Part shown: piece after piece, positions 21,848 through 32,431 of the stretch | Numbering within the stretch: position 1 is the first letter of the stretch | Layout of the letters: each line of letters starts with the position of its first letter | NCBI GenBank assembly: GCA_947629555.1 | Contig: CANRED010000003.1 | Coordinates: forward strand, 8,564-72,563 | DNA: 64,000 nt | Source of the DNA: an uncultured Clostridia bacterium | GTDB lineage: Bacteria > Bacillota > Clostridia > TANB77 > CAG-508 | Direction of reading: 5' to 3' | Program-made: the position numbers and the translations under genes | The notes under the pieces: generated by a model | What the model was told of the DNA's origin: nothing | Database searches by the model: none | Seen by the model: the letters and a program-made list of their open reading frames with translations, nothing else

Positions 21848-22100
21848 GAACCGCTTAAGAAAGCAAAGTAAAATAAATTATAAGTATTTTCAAGAGAAAT
21901 AGGTCAGAGGCTGAAAGCCTATTAATACAATTTATTTGAAATTTCACTTTTTAGGTCTTTTGCTGAAATGCATAAAAGTAGGTAAAAGCGGGTAAAGTCC
22001 GTTATAACTTATAATGAGGTATAAAGTATTTATACGAAATTAGGTGGTACCACGAATAGATAGATTCATTCGTCCTATGTAACATAGGACGAATTTTTTG
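21848..22100 (+). promoter_or_regulatory. T-box riboswitch (Phe) upstream of pheST
   Basis: AGAGA/GGCTGAAAG, TTC specifier about 21943, T-box AATTAGGTGGTACCACG, terminator ATTCGTCCTATGT/ACATAGGACGAAT plus U-tract. Confidence 0.92.
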
Positions 22101-22129
22101 TATATTAGGTTTAATATATTGTTAGTTAC

Positions 22130-22269
22130 GGTAATTATAATAATATTTTTTGTTGCGTTCTCCAAGGCGTTTGAGATACCGGCTTATTCATATGGTAGAT
22201 ACACACTCTACCATAATTGCAGACAGAACTTGACCGGTCGAACTCGTAAAAAATATTATTATAATTACC
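22130..22269. repeat. 140-bp fold-back element with 22-bp perfect terminal inverted repeats
   Basis: GGTAATTATAATAATATTTTTT...AAAAAATATTATTATAATTACC with internal hairpin TATGGTAGA/TCTACCATA. Confidence 0.75.
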
Positions 22270-22323
22270 TACACTAAAAATTTATCGCAAAATATAAAAT
22301 TAATTATGTATTAGGAGGATTTT

Positions 22324-23343
22324 ATGAAAGAGAAAATTCAAAACATTACAAACGAAGCAAAGAATGCTATACAGCAAGCTTTGGATTTACAAGCACTTAA
22401 TGATTTAAGAGTAAAATATTTAGGTAAAAAAGGAGAATTAACTTTAGTTTTAAGAGGTATGGGAGAAGTTGCTCCAGAAGAAAGACCAGTTATTGGTAGT
22501 TTAATAAATGAAGCAAAAGAAGAAATTGAAAACCTAATAAAACAAAAAGAAGGAAATTTAAAAAATGCTCAAATGAATGAACAGCTAAAGAAGGAAACAA
22601 TAGATGTAACTTTTCCAAGTAAACAAAAATCTATAGGTTCAATACATCCGATAACAAAAATAATAGATGAAGTAAAAGAAATATTTTTAGGATTAGGATA
22701 TGAAGTTGCAGATGGACCAGAAATAGAAACAGCACATTATAATTTTGATCAATTAAATACACCAATAGGTCATCCTGCAAGAGATTTGCAAGATACTTTT
22801 TATATAACAGATGATATAGTATTAAGAAGTCAAACATCTCCAGTACAAGCAAGAGTAATGGAAACTAAAAAACCACCAATTAAAATAATTTGCCCAGGAG
22901 CAGTATATAGATCAGATTCAGTAGATGCAACACATTCACCAGTGTTCCACCAAATAGAGGGATTAGTTATAGATAAACATATAACAATGGCAGATTTAAA
23001 GGGAACACTAGAAATATTTGCTAAAAAATGTCTAGGTGAAAATACGAAAATAAGATTTAGACCACATCATTTTCCATTTACAGAACCAAGTGCGGAAGCA
23101 GACGTTTCTTGCTTTGTATGTGGAGGAAAAGGATGTAGAGTATGTAAAGGAGAAGGATGGATAGAATTATTAGGTTGCGGAATGGTACATCCTAATGTAT
23201 TAAGAAATTGTGGAATTTCTCCAGAAGAATATTCAGGTTTTGCATTTGGATTTGGAGTAGAAAGAATAGCCATGGCAAAATACGGAATAGACGATATGAG
23301 ATTATTATACGAGAATGATGTAAGATTTTTAAAACAATTTTAA
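22324..23343 (+). CDS. pheS: Phenylalanine--tRNA ligase alpha subunit
   Basis: [34 protein letters not shown]. Confidence 0.98.
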   Translation: MKEKIQNITNEAKNAIQQALDLQALNDLRVKYLGKKGELTLVLRGMGEVAPEERPVIGSLINEAKEEIENLIKQKEGNLKNAQMNEQLKKETIDVTFPSKQKSIGSIHPITKIIDEVKEIFLGLGYEVADGPEIETAHYNFDQLNTPIGHPARDLQDTFYITDDIVLRSQTSPVQARVMETKKPPIKIICPGAVYRSDSVDATHSPVFHQIEGLVIDKHITMADLKGTLEIFAKKCLGENTKIRFRPHHFPFTEPSAEADVSCFVCGGKGCRVCKGEGWIELLGCGMVHPNVLRNCGISPEEYSGFAFGFGVERIAMAKYGIDDMRLLYENDVRFLKQF

Positions 23344-23387
23344 AAACAATATGGCAATGTAAATCAGCATTAAACGAAGTTTAACAA

Positions 23388-23421
23388 AGTGAATAGTGAA
23401 TAGTGAATAATGAATAGTGAA
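23388..23421 (+). repeat. TGAATAG heptamer tandem array
   Basis: AGTGAATAGTGAATAGTGAATAATGAATAGTGAA. Confidence 0.85.
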
Positions 23422-23459
23422 GAGTACAAATCTCTTCGAGATTTGAGGAGGAAAAATAG

Positions 23460-25865
23460 ATGAAAGCAAGTATAGAATGGTTAAAAGAATATTCAAATAT
23501 AAATGTAGATGCAAAACAATTAGGAGATATTTTAACAATGACAGGTTCAAAGGTAGAAGCAATAGAGCAAAAAGGAAACGATATCAAAAATGTTGTTGTA
23601 GGAAAAATATTAGAAATAAAAAAACATCCAGATGCAGATAAATTGGTTGTAACAAAAGTAAATATTGGTGACGAAATTGTTCAAATAGTAACAGGTGCAG
23701 ATAATATAAAAGAAAATGATATTGTTCCAATAGCAAAAGATGGTTCAGAGTTACCTGGTGATATAAAAATAAAAAAAGGTAATTTAAGAGGAATAGAATC
23801 TTGTGGAATGATGTGCTCAGTAGGGGAACTAGGTTTAAAACTCGAAGATTTTCCAGGACAAATTGAACACGGAATAATGATACTTCCAAAAGAATATGAG
23901 CAATATTTAGGAAAAGATATAGTAGAAGTATTAAATTTAAAAGAAGATATAATAGAATTTGAAATAACTTCAAATAGACCAGACTGTTTTTCAATAGAAG
24001 GACTTGGTAGAGAAACAGCTGTATCATTAGGAGAAAAATTTATTAACCCAAGAAAAAATTTAGATGATATGAAAGTGGAAAAAGTTAATGAAATAAATGG
24101 ATTAAAAGTAGATATAGAAGCACCAGATTTATGTTATAGGTATATAGGTAGAGTTGTAGAAAATGTAAAAATAGGTCCATCACCAGATTGGATGCAAAGA
24201 AGATTAAGAGCATGTGGTGTAAGAGCAATAAACAATATAGTAGATATTACAAACTATGTAATGCTAGAGCTAGGTCAACCAATGCATGCATTTGATATAA
24301 ATTCAATAGATGGAAAACACATAATTGTAAGAAGAGCAAAACAAAACGAAGAAATAATTACATTAGATGGAGAAAAAAGAGCATTAAATACAGAAAATCT
24401 AGTTATAGCAGATGAGAAAAAGCCAGTTGCAATAGCAGGTGTAATGGGTGGAGAAAACTCAGAAATAGAGGACACAACAAGTACTGTAGTGTTTGAATCC
24501 GCTGTGTTTAATGGAGCAAGTGTAAGATTAACAGCAAAAAGTGTTGGTTTAAGAACAGAGGCATCAAGTAGATATGAAAAAGGATTATCATCAGAAAATG
24601 CATTAAGAGCAATAAACAGAGCGGTAGAGTTAGTAGAACAAATTGGTGCAGGAACGGCAGTTCCAAAGTGTATAGATGTATACCCAACGAAGCAAAAAGA
24701 AAATGTAATAGAATTTTCACCAGAAAGAATTAATGCATTATTAGGAACAAATATATCAGAACAAGAAATGATAAAAATATTAGAAAGCTTAGAAATTAAA
24801 GTAGAAGGAAACAAAGTTATTGCACCATATTTTAGACCAGATTTAGAACAATTAGCAGATATTGCAGAAGAGGTATTAAGAATATATGGTTATGATAAAT
24901 TAGAAACAACCTATGTAAATGCAGATACTACTTTGGGTGTAAAAAACAAAAAACAAAGATTAGAAGATAACTTAAGAAGAACTTTAGTAGCAAAGGGATA
25001 TTCAGAAGTTTGTACTTATGCATTTATAAATCAAAAAGATTTAGAAAAATGTAATATATCTCAAAGTAACGAATTATCAAATACAATAAAAATTAAAAAC
25101 AAATTAAGTGAAGATTACACAATGATGAGAACAACAACTTTACCTAGTATGATGCAAACAGTAGCAATAAACTATACAAAGAAAAATAAAAATGTAAATT
25201 TATTTGAAATAGCAAGAATATATACAGACAAAGAGAAAAACATAGAAAAAGGAGAAATACCACAAGAACCAACAATATTAAGTTTAGCAGTATATGGAGA
25301 TGAAGAAGATTTTTATACTATAAAGGGTGTGGTAGAAAATATATTAGAAACAGCAAATATAAAAAGATATGAGATAGAAAAAGAAGACCAAGACGAAACA
25401 ATGCATCCAGGAAGAACAGCAAAAATAATGATAGGAAAAGATGCTATTGCAACTTTTGGCGAAGTTCATCCAGCAGTATGTGATAATTATGGTGTAAAAA
25501 CAAAAGTATATTATGCACAAATAGAAGTAGATAAATTAGTAAAATATTCAAAAGAAGATAAAAAATATACACCAGTACCAAAATATCCAGCAGTAGAAAG
25601 AGACATAGCAGTAATAGTAGATGAAGAAATAGAAGTGGGAAAAATAGAAAAAGTAATAACGAAAAAATGCAAAAAAATACTAGAAGAAGTAAAATTGTTT
25701 GATATATATAGAAGCGAAAAATTAGGAGAAAACAAAAAGAGTATAGCATTTGCATTAACATTTAGAGCACAAGACAAAACTTTAACAGATGAAGAAATAA
25801 ATGGAGCAATGGATACAATAATAAGCGATTTAAGTAAAGAACTAAGTGCAGAATTAAGAAAATAG
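23460..25865 (+). CDS. pheT: Phenylalanine--tRNA ligase beta subunit
   Basis: HPDADKL, ITSNRPD, LGQPMHAFD, C-terminal FDX-ACB domain. Confidence 0.97.
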   Translation: MKASIEWLKEYSNINVDAKQLGDILTMTGSKVEAIEQKGNDIKNVVVGKILEIKKHPDADKLVVTKVNIGDEIVQIVTGADNIKENDIVPIAKDGSELPGDIKIKKGNLRGIESCGMMCSVGELGLKLEDFPGQIEHGIMILPKEYEQYLGKDIVEVLNLKEDIIEFEITSNRPDCFSIEGLGRETAVSLGEKFINPRKNLDDMKVEKVNEINGLKVDIEAPDLCYRYIGRVVENVKIGPSPDWMQRRLRACGVRAINNIVDITNYVMLELGQPMHAFDINSIDGKHIIVRRAKQNEEIITLDGEKRALNTENLVIADEKKPVAIAGVMGGENSEIEDTTSTVVFESAVFNGASVRLTAKSVGLRTEASSRYEKGLSSENALRAINRAVELVEQIGAGTAVPKCIDVYPTKQKENVIEFSPERINALLGTNISEQEMIKILESLEIKVEGNKVIAPYFRPDLEQLADIAEEVLRIYGYDKLETTYVNADTTLGVKNKKQRLEDNLRRTLVAKGYSEVCTYAFINQKDLEKCNISQSNELSNTIKIKNKLSEDYTMMRTTTLPSMMQTVAINYTKKNKNVNLFEIARIYTDKEKNIEKGEIPQEPTILSLAVYGDEEDFYTIKGVVENILETANIKRYEIEKEDQDETMHPGRTAKIMIGKDAIATFGEVHPAVCDNYGVKTKVYYAQIEVDKLVKYSKEDKKYTPVPKYPAVERDIAVIVDEEIEVGKIEKVITKKCKKILEEVKLFDIYRSEKLGENKKSIAFALTFRAQDKTLTDEEINGAMDTIISDLSKELSAELRK

Positions 25866-25866
25866 C

Positions 25867-25950
25867 AATTAGGGGACGCGTTAAAAAAACATCAAATTGT
25901 TTTTAAAGCGCGTTACTTTTTTTGATGTTTTTTTGACGCGTCCCCTAATT
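25867..25950. terminator. Long hairpin between convergent pheT and sspH
   Basis: AATTAGGGGACGCGTTAAAAAAACATCAAA...TTTGATGTTTTTTTGACGCGTCCCCTAATT. Confidence 0.7.
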
Positions 25951-25956
25951 ATACAC

Positions 25957-26139
25957 TTAATCATATAAATCATTTTCATATAAATCTTCAATAAACACGT
26001 CTTTTGGAGTTGAACTGTCCATAAAACCAACTGTTACAGTATTTCCATGAACTGCTTGTATCCATACAGGCTTTTCCTCATAAAATACATCCATAGGTTT
26101 GTTGCTTCTTAAAATTTCTGTTAATCGTTGTTCATTCAT
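25957..26139 (-). CDS. sspH: H-type small acid-soluble spore protein
   Basis: MNEQRLTEIL...V.YEEKPVWIQ.V pattern; GGAGG RBS. Confidence 0.75.
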   Translation of the reverse strand: MNEQRLTEILRSNKPMDVFYEEKPVWIQAVHGNTVTVGFMDSSTPKDVFIEDLYENDLYD

Positions 26140-26276
26140 AATTATAATCCTCCGTAATCCTAATAATATATATTTATAATATATCCGAAATTAAAAATAA
26201 TATGATACATAGTTGTATTTTTTTAAAAGTTTTAATATAATGAAATTGTTATAATAAAAAGAAATGAGGTTAAATT

Positions 26277-27917
26277 ATGCAAGTAATTTATAAAAATAAT
26301 ATTATAGATGTAAAAAAAGGAACAAGAGTAATAGATTTACTAAAAGAAGAAATAAAAAAAACTAATCAAACAGTAATAGCTTGTAGATTTAATAATGAAG
26401 TAAAAGCTCTAAATTATCCTATAAATTCAAATGGAGAAATAGAACTAATAGATGTTGCAAGTAAAGATGGAATGAGAATATATACAAGAGGACTTATATT
26501 TATAATAGGAATGGCATTTTCAAAAACATATAAAGAAGCATTACTTACAGTAAATTATCAACTATCAAATGCAATGTTTTGCGAAGTAGACAATATGGAA
26601 GTTACAGAAGAAATGATTGCAAAAGTAAACAAAAAAGTAAATGAAATAGTAAAAAAGGATTTACCAATAATAAGAAAAAGCATGACAAGAGATGAAGCAA
26701 TAGAATTTTATAAAAAAGAAAAAACTTTAAAAGGAAAACTACAGTTAGATGTAGAAAATGATAAAAATATATTATTATACTATTGCGAAGATTATTATAA
26801 CTATTTTTATGGGGTAATGCCATTATCAACAGGTTGTATAAATATATTTGAAATAAAAAAATATAAAGATGGATTTTTGGTTAGATATCCAAGCAGAGAA
26901 AATCCAAAAGTTCTACCTCAGCATGAAGAAAATAAAAAATTATTAACAACACTTAGAGAGTACGATAATTTACACAAAGTATTAGATATAAATACTGTAT
27001 ATAAATTAAATAAAGTTATAAAGGAAAATAAAATAAATGAATATATTTTGCTAGATGAAGCATTACATGAAAAGAAAATTGCAAAAATAGCAGATGAAGT
27101 ATTAAAAAGAGATAAAGTAAAAATGATACTTATAGCAGGACCATCATCATCTGGAAAAACTACATTTGCGAAAAGATTAGGTTTGCAATTAAGATTAAAT
27201 GGACTAAAAGCAGTAACTATATCAGTAGATAACTATTTTGTAGAAAGAGAAGAAAATCCAAGAGATGAAAATGGAAAACTAGATTTTGAATGTTTAGAAG
27301 CAATAGATATTAAATTATTTAATGAACACTTAAAAAAATTATTTGCTGGTGAAGAAATAAAAGTTCCTACTTTTAATTTTAAAACAGGGCATAAAGAATA
27401 CAAAGGCAATACAATGAAATTAGAAAAAGATGAAGTACTTGTAATAGAAGGAATACATTGTTTAAATGATGAATTAACAAAAGAAATTCCAAAAGAGCAA
27501 AAATATAAAATATACATTAGTGCATTAACAGTATTAAACATTGATTATTACAACAGAATATCTACAACAGATACGAGATTAGTTAGAAGAATTGTTAGAG
27601 ATAATCAGTTTAGAGGATATTCTGCATTGCATACGTTGCAAATGTGGGATTCTGTAAATAGAGGAGAATATAAAAATATTTTTAAATATCAAGAAGAAGC
27701 GGATGTAATGTTTAATTCATCATTAATATATGAACTTGCAGTGTTAAAAGATTATGCAATTCCATTATTAAAGCAAATAGACAATACAATTCCAGAATTT
27801 TCAGAAGCAAAAAGATTATATAAAATGTTAAGATATTTTGAAACGATTCCTGCAAAATTAGTACCAAATAACTCTTTGTTAAGAGAATTTATAGGAGGAA
27901 GTGTATTTGGAGAATAG
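26277..27917 (+). CDS. Nucleoside (uridine) kinase with N-terminal ThrRS-like domain
   Basis: IAGPSSSGKTT, VIEGIH, RRIVRD, FNSSL. Confidence 0.88.
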   Translation: MQVIYKNNIIDVKKGTRVIDLLKEEIKKTNQTVIACRFNNEVKALNYPINSNGEIELIDVASKDGMRIYTRGLIFIIGMAFSKTYKEALLTVNYQLSNAMFCEVDNMEVTEEMIAKVNKKVNEIVKKDLPIIRKSMTRDEAIEFYKKEKTLKGKLQLDVENDKNILLYYCEDYYNYFYGVMPLSTGCINIFEIKKYKDGFLVRYPSRENPKVLPQHEENKKLLTTLREYDNLHKVLDINTVYKLNKVIKENKINEYILLDEALHEKKIAKIADEVLKRDKVKMILIAGPSSSGKTTFAKRLGLQLRLNGLKAVTISVDNYFVEREENPRDENGKLDFECLEAIDIKLFNEHLKKLFAGEEIKVPTFNFKTGHKEYKGNTMKLEKDEVLVIEGIHCLNDELTKEIPKEQKYKIYISALTVLNIDYYNRISTTDTRLVRRIVRDNQFRGYSALHTLQMWDSVNRGEYKNIFKYQEEADVMFNSSLIYELAVLKDYAIPLLKQIDNTIPEFSEAKRLYKMLRYFETIPAKLVPNNSLLREFIGGSVFGE

Positions 27918-28221
27918 AATATTTACAAAAATAGATGAAGAATTTGTATGTGAAAATTGTGGGCAGAAAGTACCTAAACTTGGATATACATGCAGAAATC
28001 ATTGCCCAAATTGTTTGCATTCTAAACATGTAGATATAAATCCAGGAGATAGGCAAGAAAAATGTCATGGATTATTAGAACCTATTGGTGTAGAAATAGA
28101 TAGCAAGAAGGGATATGTAATAATATTCAAATGTAAAAAATGTGGACAAGTAAGAAAAAATAAAGCAGCAAAAGATGATAATATGGATTTAATAATAAAA
28201 TTGTCAGCACATAATATTTAA
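27901..28221 (+). CDS. RNHCP-domain zinc-binding protein
   Basis: CENCG, CRNHCPNCLHSKHVD..PGDR. Confidence 0.9.
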   Translation: MYLENRIFTKIDEEFVCENCGQKVPKLGYTCRNHCPNCLHSKHVDINPGDRQEKCHGLLEPIGVEIDSKKGYVIIFKCKKCGQVRKNKAAKDDNMDLIIKLSAHNI

Positions 28222-28396
28222 TGTTGAAAGCAATTGGAAATTATATGTAAAATGCAAAAGTATATTGTGTAATTAAAGAAAAATTGTTATTATTATATTA
28301 GTTAATGAAACATTTTATAAAGTAAAAAAGTCTTATTGATATAAAACGAAATAAGAAAGGAGAATATGATATTATAAATATCATAATAAGATACTA

Positions 28397-29170
28397 ATGA
28401 ATATAGAAAAATCTTTATATGTGCTTATTGCAATATTAATAATTGCAATATCTGTATTGATAGGCTGTATAATTTCTAATTTTCAAAATGCTAATAACAT
28501 TGTTGCGGTTTACGAAGATAATACAGGAGAAACGTTTAAAAATGAAATTACTTCTGAACAACAAGTAGATGAACAAGAACCTATTGAAGAGCCAATCGAT
28601 AGTAATCCAACTGAAGAACCAGAAGTAGAATCAATAGATTTTGTGCCTACTAAAGATACATATTATATAAAAGTAAACAATCAAATGAATACTGTTACTA
28701 TATATGCGAAAGATGAACAAGGAAAGTATACAAAGCCAGTTAAAGCAATGATTTGCTCAACAGGGGAAGCTACACCTCAAGATGTTACATATAAAATTAA
28801 TGGAAAAAGATGGGATTGGAAGGAGTTATTTGGCAATGTTTATGGACAATATACTACACATATAGATAGTAATATATTATTTCATTCAGTACCGTATTTA
28901 AAAAATAAAAAGAAAGATACATTAGAGTATTGGGAGTATGATAAGTTAGGTACAACAGCATCATTAGGGTGTGTAAGATTAAAAGTAGAAGATGCAAAAT
29001 GGATATATGATTACTGTATGGCAGGTACAATAGTAGAATTTTATTCTGATTCAAATCCAGGACCACTTGGCAAGCCAACAGTAGAACCAATATCTGAGTA
29101 TGAAGAATATAGAAACTGGGATCCAACAGATCCAGATAAAAACAATCCTTGGAGAAATATACAAGTATAA
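28397..29170 (+). CDS. L,D-transpeptidase (YkuD family), membrane anchored
   Basis: MICSTG, LFHS, ASLGCVRL; N-terminal TM. Confidence 0.88.
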   Translation: MNIEKSLYVLIAILIIAISVLIGCIISNFQNANNIVAVYEDNTGETFKNEITSEQQVDEQEPIEEPIDSNPTEEPEVESIDFVPTKDTYYIKVNNQMNTVTIYAKDEQGKYTKPVKAMICSTGEATPQDVTYKINGKRWDWKELFGNVYGQYTTHIDSNILFHSVPYLKNKKKDTLEYWEYDKLGTTASLGCVRLKVEDAKWIYDYCMAGTIVEFYSDSNPGPLGKPTVEPISEYEEYRNWDPTDPDKNNPWRNIQV

Positions 29171-29201
29171 GAGGTGCATGGTTGCACCTCTTATACTTGT
29201 A
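29160..29201. terminator. Bidirectional terminator hairpin
   Basis: TACAAGTATAAGAGGTGCA-tggt-TGCACCTCTTATACTTGTA. Confidence 0.8.
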
Positions 29202-29211
29202 TGATAAGAAT

Positions 29212-31625
29212 TTATATTAATCTATTTATATTACCGTTTGTATAATCTTTTCCTTCTATTCTGTTTCCAGATTTTACTGTGCGTATAACGTTTTTTATTT
29301 CGTCAATGTCCTCATCTAAAAAGTCCATTCGAATTGAATTTAAATTAAAATCAATAGGCGATATTGATGTTGTTTTACTATTATAAATAGTAGTAATTGT
29401 ATCAATATCATCAGGTACTATTTTAAATAAAAATCCTAATCTATCTTTTAAGTAATAAGATTGCTTTTTGCAATATTTACCGCAAGTAGGTAAACAATGA
29501 TTTGTATGACCAATTAAGCAATAGTTAGAGGTCATAAGAGGTAATTTTCCATACACAATTAATTCAAAATTCACTTTGTTGTAATTGCTTAACATATCGA
29601 TAATTGTTGCTTTATCTAATTCTGGAGATATAGTAACAGTATCTAATCCTAAACTTTGTAAGAAGGAAGCAGTATATATATTCATAGTATTAAGCGTGTA
29701 ATTGCCCAGTATTTTTAAATTATATTTATTAACGAATTCTAATTGACTAATATGTGAAATTACAAAACCACTAATTTTAAAACAGTTAACAATATTATCT
29801 AAATTAGATATATGTTTTAAATAGTTATTTCTAATTATAGTAGGAAAATAAATATAAACTTCATACAAACTGCAAAGTTTTTGCAATAAATCCTCATATT
29901 GCATATTTATAAAATACTTAAAGGGTACATACAAGCGATTTAAATCTAAATTAGAATAATCAGTTTCTAAATTTAAATTGTTAAACAAGCCACAATATAA
30001 TGGCTTTTTATTTTGCGTTTGCGTAGGGAAAGACGCCATCGTAGTTCCGTATCGGAATAGACATTTTTAAATCTGCCCTTTTCTTGTATTGTAATTTAGC
30101 AAAATTTTCTAATTGTTCTATAGCATTTCTTCTTAAATCATTTAAGCAACTACTAGGAATAAACAAATTGTTATCTAAATCCACATGTATTTTATTAAAT
30201 TCAAATTGAGTATTACCAGTTTTACAAAGTTGAGATATAATTCTATCTTTTGTAATTGGAGCATTTTCTGCTATTACAGGAATCACATTGCTACTTAAAG
30301 TTATATTTGCATTTGAATATATTCCAGAATTACAAGTTACATTAAAGCTGATAGGTTCTCCATTATGAATTGTAATATTTCCTTCAATAAAAATTTTTTT
30401 ATATTCATTACCTGAAAAAGTTTTTCTAGTATTTATAAATAATTCTTTATCCACTGTTTTAAAAATTTTGTCTCCAACAGAAATATTACCTTTTAATCTA
30501 CCAATTTCAACAATGTCTCCGGCATTTGCGGTTTTAATATTTGTATTATTCAATAAAAGTTCAGAAACATTATAATTATTATTTTCTTTTTCTATTTGAA
30601 TGCTATCTCCAATAGAAATAGAGTTTTCTAATTTTAATTTTATATATGATTTTTTAGGATTATATGAAAGTATTTCTCCTAAAGGCAAACCAATATGGTT
30701 AGGCCTTTTCTTATATATTAAATTGGTGTTGGAATCAGAACTTAAATGTCCATCTGAAAAGCCACCTCTATTAAAAGCTAACATAAGTTCTTTTTTATCT
30801 TCTTCTAAAAGAGTATAAGGTATGTTTTTTAAAGCTAAATCTAAATATTTACGATATATTTTAGTAAGAATTGCAACATATTCGGGAGACTTTAAACGAC
30901 CCTCAATTTTTAAGCACTTAATTCCTGCATTAACTAGTTGAGGTAAATATTGAATTCCACATAAATCTCTAGGACTTAATAAATGCCCTTTATCTATTAC
31001 TTCTTGTGAAGAATTTAATAATTCATAAGGGAGCCTACAAGGCTGAGCACATTTTCCACGATTACCGTGAACGACCACCAACAGCACTTGAAAATAGGCA
31101 TTGCCCAGAATATGAAATACATAATGCACCATGAATAAAGCATTCTATTTCTACATTAGAATTCTTACAAATATATTCTATTTCATCTAAAGAAAGTTCA
31201 CGAGAAAGTACAACTCTTTTAAAGCCTAATTTTTCTAATTGCAAAACTCCTTCTAAATTATGTACAGTCATTTGGGTGCTAGCATGTATTGGTAAATCTG
31301 GAAAATTTTTAATAAGATAATCTGCAATACCTAAATCTTGTACAATAATAGCGTCAATTCCAAATTCATAAGCTTTTGTAGCAATATTAATTGCATCATC
31401 AAATTCGTTATCTTTTATTAAAGTATTAAGAGTTAAATTTGTTTTAACATTACGCAATTTTGCATAATCAATGGCTTTTTCTAAAGTATCTATATCAAAA
31501 TTAGTTGCACTCTGACGTGCATTAAACAATGAAAAGCCAAAATATACAGTATCTGCACCATTTTGTACAGCTGCAACTAAACAATTAAAATCTCCTACAG
31601 GAACAAGAAGTTCTATATCTTTCAT
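29212..31625 (-). CDS. U32-family protein with DUF3656 domain (RlhA-like RNA hydroxylase), two +1 frameshifts at CGG 31067 and CGG 30049
   Basis: Three consecutive ORFs: ELLVPVG...HASTQ...HGALCISYSGQC / RS-GNRGKCAQPCR...KIEGR / C-terminal part; 803 aa when joined. Confidence 0.88.
30023..30050 (+). repeat. Degenerate GTAG REP-like copy inside the U32 coding sequence
   Basis: GTAGGGAAAGACGCCATCGTAGTTCCG versus GTAGGGAACGACGCCCTCGTCGTTCCG at 51560 (3 mismatches). Confidence 0.8.
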
Positions 31626-31662
31626 AAAAACCTCCAAATTAAACTAACAATTTTGTTTATAC

Positions 31663-31804
31663 AGTAAGTATATATATTATTTTTAAAGCACCGCGTAAGC
31701 GATCAACCGGAGCAAAGCGAAGGGCGAATGGAGTAATCTTCATATATTGAAATTGGATGAAGATTACGACACCAAGGTGCAAAAAAATAATATATATACT
31801 TACT
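31663..31804 (-). mobile_element. MITE-like fold-back element, copy 1 (inverted homolog at 61290)
   Basis: 22-bp terminal IR AGTAAGTATATATATTATTTTT; the core is the reverse complement of the 61290-61435 core with few differences. Confidence 0.7.
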
Positions 31805-31894
31805 CTAAATTAAATTTAATAATATATTTATTGTAACACAAATTTCCAAAAATGAATACTATATGTTATACGAAAACAAAAGGAGGGAAAATAT

Positions 31895-32047
31895 ATGCCA
31901 GAAGAAAGAAACTGTGGATGCGGATGCAATAATAATGGAGGATTATTCGGAGGATGTGGAGATAGTGAAATATTATTTTTCATAATAATTTTCTTATTAT
32001 TATTCACAAACTGTGGATGTGGTTGCGGAAGAGGATGTGGCAACTAA
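31895..32047 (+). CDS. Small Gly/Cys-rich membrane peptide (50 aa), probably sporulation related
   Basis: [59 protein letters not shown]; terminator 32063-32107. Confidence 0.8.
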   Translation: MPEERNCGCGCNNNGGLFGGCGDSEILFFIIIFLLLFTNCGCGCGRGCGN

Positions 32048-32157
32048 TATTTATACTTATTAAAAAAGCAGAGATTGTAGAAATTAACTACAATCTCTGT
32101 TTTTTTAACACCATTTTGTTTGTATAATTTGTATAATATATGCCTACATATAAAAAG

Positions 32158-32302
32158 AAATAAAGTTCTATATTTTTTCTTTGCGAACAAATGTGGGGAC
32201 CGACAAATTGCAGGCTGTAGAAGAAATTACGAAAGTAAATTTCGGCATACAGCCTGCTATGCAGTTGGGAGTGAACAATAGAAAAAATATAGAACTTTAT
32301 TT
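32158..32302. repeat. 145-bp fold-back element with 23-bp perfect terminal inverted repeats
   Basis: AAATAAAGTTCTATATTTTTTCT...AGAAAAAATATAGAACTTTATTT; inner stem GCAGGCTGTA/TACAGCCTGC closed by TAC-GAAA-GTA. Confidence 0.75.
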
Positions 32303-32431
32303 AAAGAAAATATATGTCGGCAACAATTACCAACAAAAAAAGACAAGTTTCTATTGACTTGTCTTTTTTGATAATATATACTGTTATTATGCAGAATTTT
32401 ATACTAAAACTAGTAGGGAGATGATTATATT

